From: Catajapyx aquilonaris | Lineage: Eukaryota | Assembly (NCBI GenBank): GCA_000934665.2 | Contig: JYFJ02004266.1 | Location: forward strand, 1 to 33,471 | Length of the DNA stretch: 33,471 nt | Reading direction: 5' to 3' | Shown: one piece after another, positions 10,601 to 21,390 of the stretch | How positions within the stretch are numbered: the first letter of the stretch is position 1 | Layout of the letters: each line of letters opens with the position of its first letter | The notes under the pieces: model-generated | Database searches by the model: none | What the model saw: only the letters and a program-made list of their open reading frames with translations | What the model was told of the DNA's origin: nothing | Translations under genes and position numbers: made by a program

Positions 10601-13600
10601 GTTGTATCCGTACACTGCGCAGAACGAGGATGAACTAACGATTCAGAAGGGAGACATAATCACGGTGCTGGCGAGAACGGAGCCGGAGTGGTGGAAAGGA
10701 GAGGTGAAAGGAGTAGTCGGCATGTTCCCATCGAACTACGTGGAAGCATGCTACCAGAGGGGACCCTCAGGATCGCAGTGTAAGTGAAACATTCGATTAG
10801 TTTTCTGACTATTGAGCCTGTAGAACACACAAGTCTTTTTTAAGAAATATTTGCATGCTGAAATTTTTTTCGAGTATATTCACAGGCATTTTTTTCTCTT
10901 TCTCTCCTCCCTGATTTTTTTATTGGGGTTGGGACGATAGGAGTTTCTCCTCTAGCCAACATGGCGTCTGCTACATGAGACCCACTACTAGTATTAAAAG
11001 AAATTAAAGACATCGTTTTAGACACTGGAAAAAAAAAAAACGGCGTCAGCAAGTTATGGGATGCAAAAAAAAAAAAAAAAGTAATGTTTTAAAAAGGCAG
11101 AAGCAACCGGGAAGAACTTGATTTGTCTTCGGAAGTTTGGTATTGTTGTTTGTTGTTGTTGCTGTTTGTTGTTGACTTAGAGGGCGAAGCACCAAGGAGG
11201 TCTAAAGTTTTAATGAATACTTGTTGTGGTGCATGAATCCTTTTTTTATTTGTTTGGTTGCTGTGAGGATTTTATTTTTTTAAATTAGTCTGTTAATGTG
11301 ACGAATTAAATTTTTTTTCTTCTGCTTATGATGATGTAACTGTTGAATGTATGGCCCCCCTTTATGTTGACAAGCATGTTTTGTCAAGTGTGTTTAAAAA
11401 ATATATAATCCAACCCCCCCCTTTTTCAAAAAAAAAAAATGACAGTGTGGTAGTGGGTCTCATTTAGTGGATGCCTAATTAAGTAATACTCTACAAAAAA
11501 ATGGTAGTGAATGCACATTTTAGAAAGTGTTGAATAAACATCCGCCAAAAAGGATGATTCCACTACCATACTTCACAATGTCTTTTTCAATGCCTTTTTG
11601 TCACAGAGATTTACTGCGGAGGCTGCTTAGTTTTTGTTTTAAAACTCTCCCCCAAGTTTTTTAAATATAACCTATGCAATGTTTTAGTTGCAATCATTGG
11701 GTGTCGGCTTGAAAGATGTGTGTATATGTGCTAATAATAATTTTTATTTTTCCCAACCATCGCCCCCCTTTTTGCCTGTCGTACTCTGATCCAAATGTAT
11801 AAGCCGACCTCTTTAAACTCTGTGAATCTCGGACAATAGCAGTGTGACATTCCATTTATTTTTATTTCGTAATGTTTTCGTAAGTTTCACACATTGCTCG
11901 TTTAAAAAAGCGCCTTCCATAAGTAATAGTAATAATAATCAATATTATATACCTGTCGACTCAGTACTTTGGGGAAAACCATGTAAGTCGTCACTCATGT
12001 TCAACCTCTCAGAATGATTTACATTGTTTTCCTGACACGGTTTAAAAAAAAAATAATCTCACTGTTAAAATCTCAGTTAATCGATGAAGTACGTTGAGAT
12101 TTCTTTTACTGGTCATGGCTAAGCAGCCGTTGCTGTTTGTGGTGCTCCGATTTATTTTGTATCAGTTTTTTTATATATTATATATATTTTTTGTGGGGAA
12201 AGATCTGGATTTACTATGGGTTTTATTTTCTTGCAAAAACGAGTCACACGTAAAGAGTTAGACTATTTGCCTAAAATATATCACAAGGATGTGTGGAACA
12301 AAGTGTGGGTATGTATGTATACCAAGCACCATTTCTGTGTGAGTTTAACAAAAGCAGCAGATTTGGGAATTGAATCCCAAGGCTTAGCAATAAATATAAT
12401 TTAAAAAAATAAAATACAATTGTATTTAAAGCAGAAAATGTCTTCAATGTCTCATCTGCACAATAATGTTTTGTGGTTAGAAATGAGATTATTATTGGTA
12501 GCCCTGCTGCACAGGAGGTTCATGCGATTTTATCCGTATCACCAAATCAGTGTGAGTGTATAAAACTTAATTATAATTATAATAATAAATCTCAATGTGA
12601 ATGTTGGGAATAAATGGCGAGTGGTCAAAAAATGCCCTGTGAAAATAAAGTATATTAAGCGTTAAGTTTTCTTTTTTCTTTTTTGCTCAGTGTGCAAGCG
12701 AGCCTTTACACTTTTTTTTAAATCTCTCTCCCTAAATGTGTGTTTTGCAAGCTATTTAAAAAAAAAAAGTACATATAAGGTAGGTCCCACCAAAAAAAAA
12801 CTTATGTTTAATTTGCTAGCGGCAATGAATTAATCTGTGTTTCCATTTTGTGTTGCAGTCTTTAACCATGCGGCTTACGATCAACTTTCGCCAATCGAGA
12901 AAAAAAGGCAGGGGCATATCCATGAGCTAATTAACACAGAACAGACATATGTGGATGACATGTCGATAATTAATAGTGTACGTACGCATTTTACTCGTTA
13001 TACGTTTCGAGTATAAATTTTTTTAATCAGCTTTCGTTGATAGGCTTTCAGGAAGCCAATGCACGAGTCCTTACTGTTAACGGACGTCGAGCTGGCCAAG
13101 ATTTTCGTCAATTGCAAAGATGTGTACCAGTGCAACACAAAGTTACTCAAGTAAGGCTGTAAACTACTGGAGCGAAAGGATACAGATTAAATGGTGGTGT
13201 TTTTTTTTCCAGAGCATTCCGAGTTAGGCGTAAAATGTGCGTAAATGGAATAATACTCATGATTGGAGATATACTCTGTGAAAACGTAAGGTTTCAATGG
13301 TTGATAACGAGTTAAATCTGTTGTTAACGTGCACTTCTTTGTTGCAGTTGGTGCGGATGTCTCCATACATTAGGTTTTGCAGCTGCCAGTTAGGTGCAGC
13401 CGCATTGATCCAGCACCAGACTGAGACTTCCCCCGACTTTTGCAAGGTGATGAAGAAGTGTCAGATGGACATGCGGACCAAGGGAATGCCTCTCAGCAGC
13501 TTCCTCATCAAGCCCATGCAGCGGATCACCAAGTATCCTCTTCTCATCAAAAAGGTTATTCATCCGAGATTGTATACCTGTCGTTTGAGGTTGGTTCCTG

Positions 13601-15760
13601 AATTACATGCAGTCTAAATCTATTCTCAGATTCTCGAATTCACTCCTGAAAATCATCCTGACCGGCTGAATCTAGAGGAAGCGCTTACTAAAGCGGAGGA
13701 GCTGTGCAGCCAGGTGAACGAGGGAGTGCGGGAGACTGAAAACTCAGAGAGGCTCGAATGGATGCAGACTCACATCAACTGCGATTCGCTAGACGAGCAG
13801 CTCGTCTTCAACTCGCTCACAAATGCCCTCGGACCGAGGAAGTTTATCCACCACGGTTTTCTAAAGAAGGTACCTAGTTGCAACCCTACCGCTGCTAGAG
13901 AAACTTATAGTTCTCGTCTCTTTCAGGCCAAGAGTGGGAAGGAGCTTGTAGCTTTTCTTCTGAACGACTTCCTCCTGCTGGCCCAGCCCAACAAGCCGTT
14001 GGGCCAGACATCGGGGCAGTTTTCGTTCGAGCGCAACCAGAACACTCATTTCCGCATCTACAAGAAGCCGATTTTCCTGAACGAGATGATGGTCATGTCG
14101 GACGCTTCCATGTACAACAATAACAACGGCGGTGCTGAATGCGAATACGAGTTCTCAATCCAAGATCTGGACAGGGTGTACACACTTGTGGCAACGACTG
14201 CTTCCGAGAAGAAGATGTGGAAGAAGAAGCTGGAGGAAGCCAGGAAGAACTACTTGGACACGGAAAGATGCTTTTTGCAGAGGCAGCAGTCGAGTGAGTC
14301 GGGGGGGCTCGAAATACGTTTGGTTTTTCATTATACGCCACAAATTGGCAGCAGAGACTTTAATTTTGAGGTGACAAGTCGCATGTATTTCAATGTTTTA
14401 AATCCATTTATAGTTCAAAAGTCATCTAGATGAAGCGACTATTCCCGATCCTTTATTTTGCGTAATGCTCTTGAAGTGTGATTTTAATTGTATGCGATAT
14501 GATTGGTAGCAGTGCTGAGCGTTAATTAATGAACTGATAATTATCCAGAACAAGCTCATTTCCAAGCGTGCGGACGCTTGTTAATAGGAGTCCAGGAAGG
14601 AATCAACATCAGAGCACAAACGGCCGGGGGTAAGATCCGCTCGTGTGTTGAAAACATCTCTGTCCGCCTTCGCTCTGCATGGACAAAATCGCTATTGTGT
14701 TTCTAATCTTAGGATAGTTACCTCTGCTCCTTTTTTTTCCCCCTTGTCTAACAAGTACTCTGTGCAACAAATGTAGTGCATGACCCCTTCTATTATTTCG
14801 CTGCTTCTCTTTGCTGCTTGTAGTTAGGAGGAGGCCTCCGAAGGGAAAGATGAGGGTCATTGTTGTGGAAGGAGATGAGCTTTTCTGCAAGGGGGCCAAC
14901 GGTAAGGACAACACATGATCAGCGCACCTGTGAAGCGACTCTTCTGGTTGCACTGCAGTTGGGACATATTGAATAATAATTAACTGTCATTTCAAGGGGA
15001 TAAAGACACTTTTAATGCACATCGGAATTTTTTTAAAAACCTTTAGCGTAATCTACATAGTCCAGTTCTGTAGTGTGCGATTGTAAATTGCTTGTACAGT
15101 AAGTCAGGGTTACGCACTGTAGCACTTTGAAGCGTATTTAGCGCAGATAAAGTAAGCATTGTCAATTGTTCTTTGACTTTGTAAGATTGAGAAACTGAAC
15201 TGCTTGATATTCATGAACAATTGAGGAAAAGTACTGTTTATGTTGCACCAAATATTGCATGGATTGCGAACCTGCTACTTCCTGTCCGAATGGGCATGTT
15301 ATTTTGGTTCGAGTTTTTTTTTTTTTACATCATCTGGGCTTTACTCACGTTTGTTGACCTTCCAGGGAAGATTGATCCGTACTGCGAGGTGAGCATCGGC
15401 TCCCAGCATCACTGTACCAAGGTGATTCCCGGTAGCACCAATCCGAAGTGGAATTCCAACATGCAGTTCCTCATCAAGGACGTGGAAGATGACGTCCTTT
15501 GCGTCACTGTCTACGATCGTGATTTATTCGCTCCAAACGGTGAGAGTGCCACTAGTTAATATTGCACCTTCACTTAACTGACACTTTCTCTTTAAATATG
15601 ATTGGCAGAATTTCTGGGGCGTACAGAAGTTCGAGTGTGGGACATACTTCAAGAGAGCCGGAGCAGCCAGGGACCAATTACCAAGCGGCTGCTCCTACAT
15701 GAAGTCGAGTCTGGAGAGGTCGTGATGAAGCTTCACTTGCAACTCTTCGACTCCAAGTAG
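3000..15760 (+). CDS. ITSN1: Intersectin (ITSN/Dap160 family), long isoform: EH1-EH2-coiled coil-SH3A-E-RhoGEF(DH)-PH-C2; multi-exon
   Basis: ATG 3000 ([21 protein letters not shown]), TAG 15758-15760. Phase-consistent GT-AG exons: 3000-3160, 3245-3405, 3463-4054, 4117-4290, 4378-4601, 4723-5135, 6632-6952, 7023-7148, 7212-7421, 7502-7659, 7737-7845, 7915-8025, 8086-8337, [micro-exons 8824-8886, 9095-9160, 9469-9492, 9878-9916], 10161-10301, 10370-10514, 10588-10779, 12859-12977, 13044-13150, 13213-13285, 13348-13554, 13630-13869, 13927-14293, [14549-14629 or 14824-14901], 15366-15539, 15609-15760. Hallmarks: [56 protein letters not shown]. The symbol denotes the family; ITSN1 versus ITSN2 is not resolvable in an invertebrate. 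Confidence 0.96.
4723..7148 (+). CDS. ITSN1: Intersectin coiled-coil (KLERQ-rich) exons 4723-5135, 6632-6952, 7023-7148
   Basis: E/R/Q/K/L-rich heptad sequence; splice phases are compatible across the 1.5-kb intron. Confidence 0.93.
5528..6185 (-). CDS. nested antisense gene (terminal exon, ~215 aa, Cys-containing, beta-rich; weak VWD-like resemblance) within intersectin intron 5136-6631
   Basis: 648-nt open frame in an otherwise AT-rich intron; acceptor-like TTCAACAG just upstream (exon start 6185); minus-strand AATAAA at 5331-5336 downstream of the stop; the start/upstream exon is unresolved. Confidence 0.6.
7212..10787 (+). CDS. ITSN1: Intersectin SH3A-SH3E exons; short isoform ends by read-through ...GPSGSQCK* at 10787
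   Basis: Five SH3 signatures: [70 protein letters not shown]. Donor T|GTAAGT at 10779/10780 overlaps the in-frame TGT AAG TGA. Confidence 0.9.
8784..8806. repeat. (CT)n microsatellite acting as polypyrimidine tract before micro-exon 8824-8886
   Basis: tctctctctctctctctctctct immediately upstream of the acceptor TAG 8821-8823. Confidence 0.8.
12859..15760 (+). CDS. ITSN1: Intersectin long-isoform extension: DH (RhoGEF), PH and C2 exons
   Basis: [106 protein letters not shown]. Confidence 0.95.
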
Positions 15761-16581
15761 TTAATTAGTTCGTAGTCTAAAAACTGATCAAGTGTACAAA
15801 ATATTGGATTGCCTAAGTATCTCTCTCATGGCATATTGCTTAGGTGTTTTCGTATTCTTTTGCATAATCATGACTGAGCCTTTCTTTCTATTGTGATAGG
15901 TGGTGGGCGGGAGGAGAATCAAATGTTACTCAGGGCTGTTTAAATGTCCATTCCTCACTCTTTGTAGTGGTACCAAGTATATTTATTTTTATTATTATTA
16001 TCTATCCAATTATCAGTTAGTCGTAGGTTTTCTTTTGGAAGATGCAATATATTTATAAGAGGTGGATTCAAGCATTATTTTGTGTTGGGATACTGAAAAC
16101 AATAAAGAGCGCATGACATTATCACAGCCGATGTTTATTGTCGCCTTCCCAACAATCCACAGACGTGAAGATTGACATGTACACATTCGAGCAATGAGAC
16201 ATAACGAATTTGGATGCATTTTTAAAATGTGTTTGCTTGCCCGATTTGTTATTAACCAACTGAACTTAAATTACATCTGTAATTATTAGGTAATGTCACT
16301 TGTAACCCAGCTTACTAATTAACAATGGATTTTTGCCGTAATGTTCAGGCGTCACAACATTTGCTTTTCTACGATGAGCAAAACTACTATAGAACGACTT
16401 ACAAATTAACAGCACACAGAATGTAACTAGATGAATGTCTACTTGCAATTAAAACATGCATCGTCCAATACAATGATAAAAAAATAATAATGCAAAGTAG
16501 GGAAGATGCATTTACAAAACAGCAACGAACTAAAATGAAATTTTAAAAAAGTCATACGAATAAGACAGTTGGCCATGAATC

Positions 16582-19500
16582 CTACGATGCAGTTTGTCGG
16601 CTGGAGGTGTTGACGTTACTGCCCGGCTTCTCATGAGGCTACCAAGAAGAGAAAAATACGTTTTAAGTTCACTGTACATGAAAACTATTTGTCTCAAAGT
16701 AAACTTGGCAATTTCCGCAGAAATCCCCCATCAGATGTATGTTAAAACTGCCAGTACCTGATCAGTGCTGCGACATTCAGAGCTTCCAGGAGGATCCCAG
16801 TCACCACTTGGTCCAGACGATCGCCCCTGTTTGGCCAGCTGAATCAGGAAATCCGGGATGCTGTCTCCCTCCTGCACAAGATAACTCATGAACACACTTC
16901 TGGTATGAACACGACAGACGCACTCACATCTTTAAGGAGGTGGACCAAGGGGTCGATCAGATGGGCATCCTGTGAACAGTCGACAAAACTGATGGCTCGG
17001 CCAGCAGTGGTGCCCAAGCACCTGGTGAGTCCAAGGCGTCGCAAGTACTCCTCTATGTTTCTCGGCATGTCATAATTTATGATGTGGACAGGAGCCACCT
17101 CCTTCAGATCTACAAGGAAACAATAATAAGCATGACTTGTACATTTTTTTTATTTGAACACACGGGACTATATGCTTGTTTAAGTTTGGACTGACATCAT
17201 CATTTACTGCGCAAAACATGACTGAATAAGCGCAACCCATTCCGTACATTATTTTGTATGAAGTACCCGACTGCTTATGCTTAGGACTCACTCAAACTGA
17301 GGGCAAAGGACGTGGTAACGAGGATGGGCATCCTTCCGTTGATGAACTTGCCAACAGCACGGTCGACCAAGATCTTCTCCGAGTCTGAATGTATCCCATC
17401 GATGCAAAATCCATTCTGGAGCAGCATCATGGGCAGGGCATCGGCACTGCGCTTCGATCCTACAAAAATGACGACGTGGTCTGTGTTTTTCCTCTCCGTC
17501 AGGATCTGTAGCAGCTTATCTTTCTTCTCAGCGCGGTTCAGCTAATGAAAAACCCATTAGTGCATTTTGTGTACTTAACAATAGTTGGCGTTACGTACCT
17601 GGTAGAATGTTTGAATCACGTTTGCGCCACCACCAATGCTGAGAGAAACGAAGTTATCCTGGAGGAACAGCGACTGGATATTCTCATCGGGAACCATGGT
17701 GGCCAGAAGCACATTTAGGCGCCGGCTCTGTAAATGGGTAACAGTCATTGACGTCCACCAACAAGCAGAAATTATCGTTACCTTGGGAGGCATGGAGTCG
17801 TGCTGCAATATCTTGTCGATATCTTCGGTGAACACTTCATCCAACATCCTGCTGGCATCAACCGTAACGAGGCATTTGATCTGCTGGAAGCTGACCTTCT
17901 CCCTCTCCATGAAGTAGACCAGTCTTCCTGGACTGGCCACAAGGACGTGACAACCTGCTTCCAACTTGCTGGCCTGATCATTCACGTTTATTTTGCCGCA
18001 CAAGAGGACCGTCTTCATATGCGAGTAGTACGTCAACTTCATGATTTTGTAGTATATCCGAGTTGCCTCCTCCCTAGTCGGGGACAACACCAGGACTATC
18101 GGACCCGCCTTCATCGCTGGCCTATCCCTCTCCATAACGCCCAAGGTGGCGTTCAGGATGGGGAGCAAGTAGGCCATGGTCTTTCCTAACCCTCTCGGAG
18201 CACACAACAAGAGATCCCGGTCTTGGATCACGATGGGAATCACATGGCTCTGAATGGACGTTGGCACTTTGATGTTATGTATCTTTAGACTTTGGGCCAG
18301 GACATGACTCAGATCCATATGGGCAAAGCTTTTCAAGGGTTGCGGGATGTCTTTGCCTCGCACCTTCACTTTCATCGAGAATACCCCAGGGTTGAGCGTT
18401 GGCACATTAATCTTGACCTCCAAACTATCCTTGCACATGTTCAAATAATGTTTGCCATTAGTCTCCCTGGAGTCTTTTGAACCGCTCCGATGGCTTTCCT
18501 TAGCCGCATAACCACCAAAGTTGTACCCAGCAGGAAGAATCCCTTTCCTTTCCTTCGGAAAGTTATTGGCAGCCCAAGTTTCAGCAGTTGTCGTCAGGTT
18601 GCTACTCTCATGGGAGTCAAATGAAAACCGGACATGGCGGCTGTTGTCACTGTTGCCCCCACCACGGCTCATAATTCCTTTTAGCTTCTCCTCGGCTGTT
18701 TGTGGTGAACTATTGGTGTCACAAGTAGCCTGGGATGCTTGAGTTGATGCGGACATATGCTCAGATGGCAACTCCTCTTGCTCTGTATCTTTCTGGATGT
18801 CACATGTAGAATTGGTCTGTCCGGTGTTGTCTTCCTCCTCATCTTCGAAAGTTTCGGTGCTGCATGAATATTGATCAGCATCGCTCTGAGTAGCCATAAG
18901 AGTGGAAGTGTGGGATTCTGGTTCAGGCAGTGGTTCTGTTTGGACCATGTGACTGACCATATTGTCAGAAAATTCACTGCATATTTCTTCACTGTCACAT
19001 TGCGAAACTTGTGCGTCCAGTTCATCTACATGGTAGGGACTAGTCCGGGCCAGCAAATCAGGGGTTCCAGCTGGGGACAGTGTCAATTCTGGGTTTGTTT
19101 GAGTACCGCTGTCCTGGCAAGTACTATTCTGTTCTCTGTCGCTGACAGGATCACAGTCAGAATCCTTCTTATTCTCCTCATCTTTGAAATTGTCTGCATC
19201 CGACTCTTCATCACCTTCGCGACAGGTAGCCTCAACCACCACAGTTGATTCTTCCTGAGGCAATGCTTCAGGCGGAATCTTCTGCGTATCGTTCTCTTGA
19301 TTGTCTTGGTCACTACAGATGTTCTGGCTGGTGCGGTTAAATCCATCTTCGCTTTGCTGTTCACTCTGAACTACATAATCTTTTTCTGATTTTTTCTCCG
19401 AGTCGACAGCTACGGCAGCCAATGTGATGGCTTCAGCATCAGCCAATGTCAAATTTGGATGCGACAGCAACTTCTCATAGACATCAGTGTCCTGCAGACC

Positions 19501-21246
19501 AAATAGCAAGTGATCTCTGATGGTATTGTGCAACTCCATAAAATTGCAGCTGCTTGCAAGCTGGTGGAGTGCAGCTATGTAATCAGACATAGACTCTGAA
19601 TCATGCTTAACACGGTTGCGGAAACAAATGCGATTAAGCAGAATGTCACGGGTGGACATGAAATGAGTACTTAGTACCTCCTTCAACTCATTGTAGGACA
19701 GGGCCATCACATCAGCGTGAGGGACCAATGTGAGTAGGAGGCTGTATGTGGCTTTTCCAACAAATGTCAATAGCAGGGAGCGCTTACGTGCTTCATCCTT
19801 GATGCCAATTGCACTCAAGAAGAGCTCGAATTTCGTGCAATAATCAGACCAACTCATCTCCGTTGAATCAAATGGCTCCATCAGTCCGACAATACCACCA
19901 CACACGGTAGCTGTAAAAGGAATTAAAAGCAATAGTACATCAGTAGAAGTCAAATAGTGTTATGTACAGGGGGCTTGAATCGCCCTGGAAAATCCCATGG
20001 ATATCCACTGAATCTCCAATGGATATTTGGGCGTCCATAGGATATTCCAGGGTGATTCACATGCTACTCACAGGCATAGCCCAAGTTGATGGGAAATAGC
20101 CATTAATGTTGTTTGATTGTTGCAGAATTTTCTTGAAATTGTTTGAGCGCTCCTTAATTTTTTTTTTTCACAAATGTTTTGCATGGACAGACAGGTGGGT
20201 CATTCCATGTCAATACAGACAAGTTGGTGGCTCTACCATCTCAGAATTTGATATAAAAAAATCATGTGCTTACATACACATGAGCTGTTGCTAAAAACGA
20301 AATTAGAGCCACCCATAGATTAAAATCCCACGGAGATATGGCAACCTCCTTCGGCAACAATGGAGCCGGACTGACACTTTATTTCAGGTAGAGTTCTTGT
20401 TGTAACCCCATGATCATGTATGTCAAAGGAACCGGAATGAAATGAGGGATATTGTGGTGGCAACGGCTTTAACCTTAGAACGCAAAATAAAAATTCTAAA
20501 AAAATCCGAATTATTGTGCGAAAATGGCACATTTCCGATGGCCCAATGCCACTGTTAAACGCATGCTACGAGTGTTAAATTAATGTGGTAGATACATTGT
20601 CATGTGGTCCTTACTACTGTATATAAGGAAAACAATACAGGTCATGAAGTCTTGGAAATAATAAATCCTGAAATTCCATTTTTCTGTAAGGTGGTCATCT
20701 TTGAGGTCATTTTTCTCAATGTGGGACTGGACCGATTTTAAAGTTACATGTCTTGCTTACAGAAAAATGGAATTTCAGAATTTATTAATTACTACTAAAA
20801 AAGCTATATCTTTTGAAAGAGAGCGTCGCTCTCTACACAAATGAAAAATAAAAAATAAAAATAAAATGGCTTTTTTTGAATATCTTTTGAATTTTTTTAA
20901 TATACATGTGTTCGCTGGTTACCAACTTTTTCGCAGTTTTCAGAACGGTTCTGGAATAATGTATTCATTGAAAGCAATGGAAAAAAAAAAAGTGCATCTT
21001 CCTGTGAATGTTATTTTGGTCCCTCCTCCCTTAGGGCCGTTTTTTCGAACAGTGGTTCAAATGTAAACCGGGTTCAAAGCCAGTTGATTGTTGTTAGGCT
21101 GTTGTCAAGGGTTTAAACCGGCTTTGAACCGGGTTTACATTTGAACCACTGTTCGAGAAAACGGCCCTTATTCGAATTTTCTCAACAATTATTGCCAATC
21201 TTGCATTACCCGATATACTACACTTATTACCTTTGTTGCAGTACAT
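16582..21246 (-). CDS. Gag-capsid / Vasa(DDX4)-DDX3-like DEAD-box pseudo-helicase fusion gene, 7 coding exons
   Basis: Minus-strand exons with compatible phases: 21246-21231 (MYCNK, phase 1, tentative), 19910-17782, 17727-17599, 17541-17292, 17109-16928, 16871-16758, 16638-16582 (TAG). The N-terminus is Gag-like; the C-terminal half has Q motif PTSIQ, APRGLGKT, SPTREE, SPGRL, VDASRMLD, VIFVGSKRSAD, IINYDMP and GRAISFVD. Confidence 0.88.
19408..19890 (-). mobile_element. Ty3/Gypsy (K02A2.6-like) Gag capsid-derived coding domain embedded in a host exon; no pol or LTR seen
   Basis: EPFD..EMSWSDYCTKFELFLSAIGIKDEARKRSLLLTFVGKATYSLL...SYNELKEVLSTHF...RICFRNRVKHDSESMSDYIAALHQLASSCNF...IRDHLLFGL...EKLL..PNLTLADAEAI follows the recognisable Gypsy Gag consensus (W..Y.ERL..., R.Q..GESV..Y...L..LA..C.F, RD.LV.GL, L.LTL..A). 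Confidence 0.85.
19976..20059. repeat. short inverted repeat (MITE-like remnant) in intron 1 of the fusion gene
   Basis: TGAATCGCCCTGGAAAATCCCATGGA vs TCCATAGGATATTCCAGGGTGATTCA, 26-bp arms with 3 mismatches. Confidence 0.6.
20660..20786. repeat. inverted repeat with 31-bp arms
   Basis: AATAAATCCTGAAATTCCATTTTTCTGTAAG (20660-20690) vs CTTACAGAAAAATGGAATTTCAGAATTTATT (20756-20786), 1 mismatch. Confidence 0.7.
21034..21167. mobile_element. PIF/Harbinger-type (Tourist-like) MITE
   Basis: ~48-bp near-perfect TIRs starting GGGCCGTTTT / ending AAAACGGCCC, flanked by TTA at 21031-21033 and 21168-21170 (3-bp TSD). Confidence 0.8.
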
Positions 21247-21364
21247 TGCTTGTGCTGTGCAGAATCCAAACCGCACAGTCCGATACGAAAAACCGATGGG
21301 CTTCGAATAAACGAGGCTTGAATCAGTTTGATGGAGACAAAGGGAACGGCCGTTCGCATTAGAA

Positions 21365-21390
21365 CGGCGTCCAAAATGGCGGACGGAACG
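21365..21390. promoter_or_regulatory. YY1-type motif CAAAATGGCGG; likely promoter/TSS region of the Gag-helicase gene
   Basis: CCAAAATGGCGGAC at 21371-21384, ~125 bp upstream of the putative ATG at 21246. Confidence 0.45.

Noticed and set aside
19408..19890. Autonomous LTR retrotransposon insertion
   Set aside because: No protease/RT/RNaseH/integrase, CCHC knuckle, LTR pair or TSD is visible, and the frame is continuous with host-type exons.
17575..19953. 792-aa single-exon ORF as listed
   Set aside because: Its start lies in an intron (acceptor before 19910), it reads through a 54-nt in-frame intron (17728-17781), and it ends in another intron. The spliced model is preferred.
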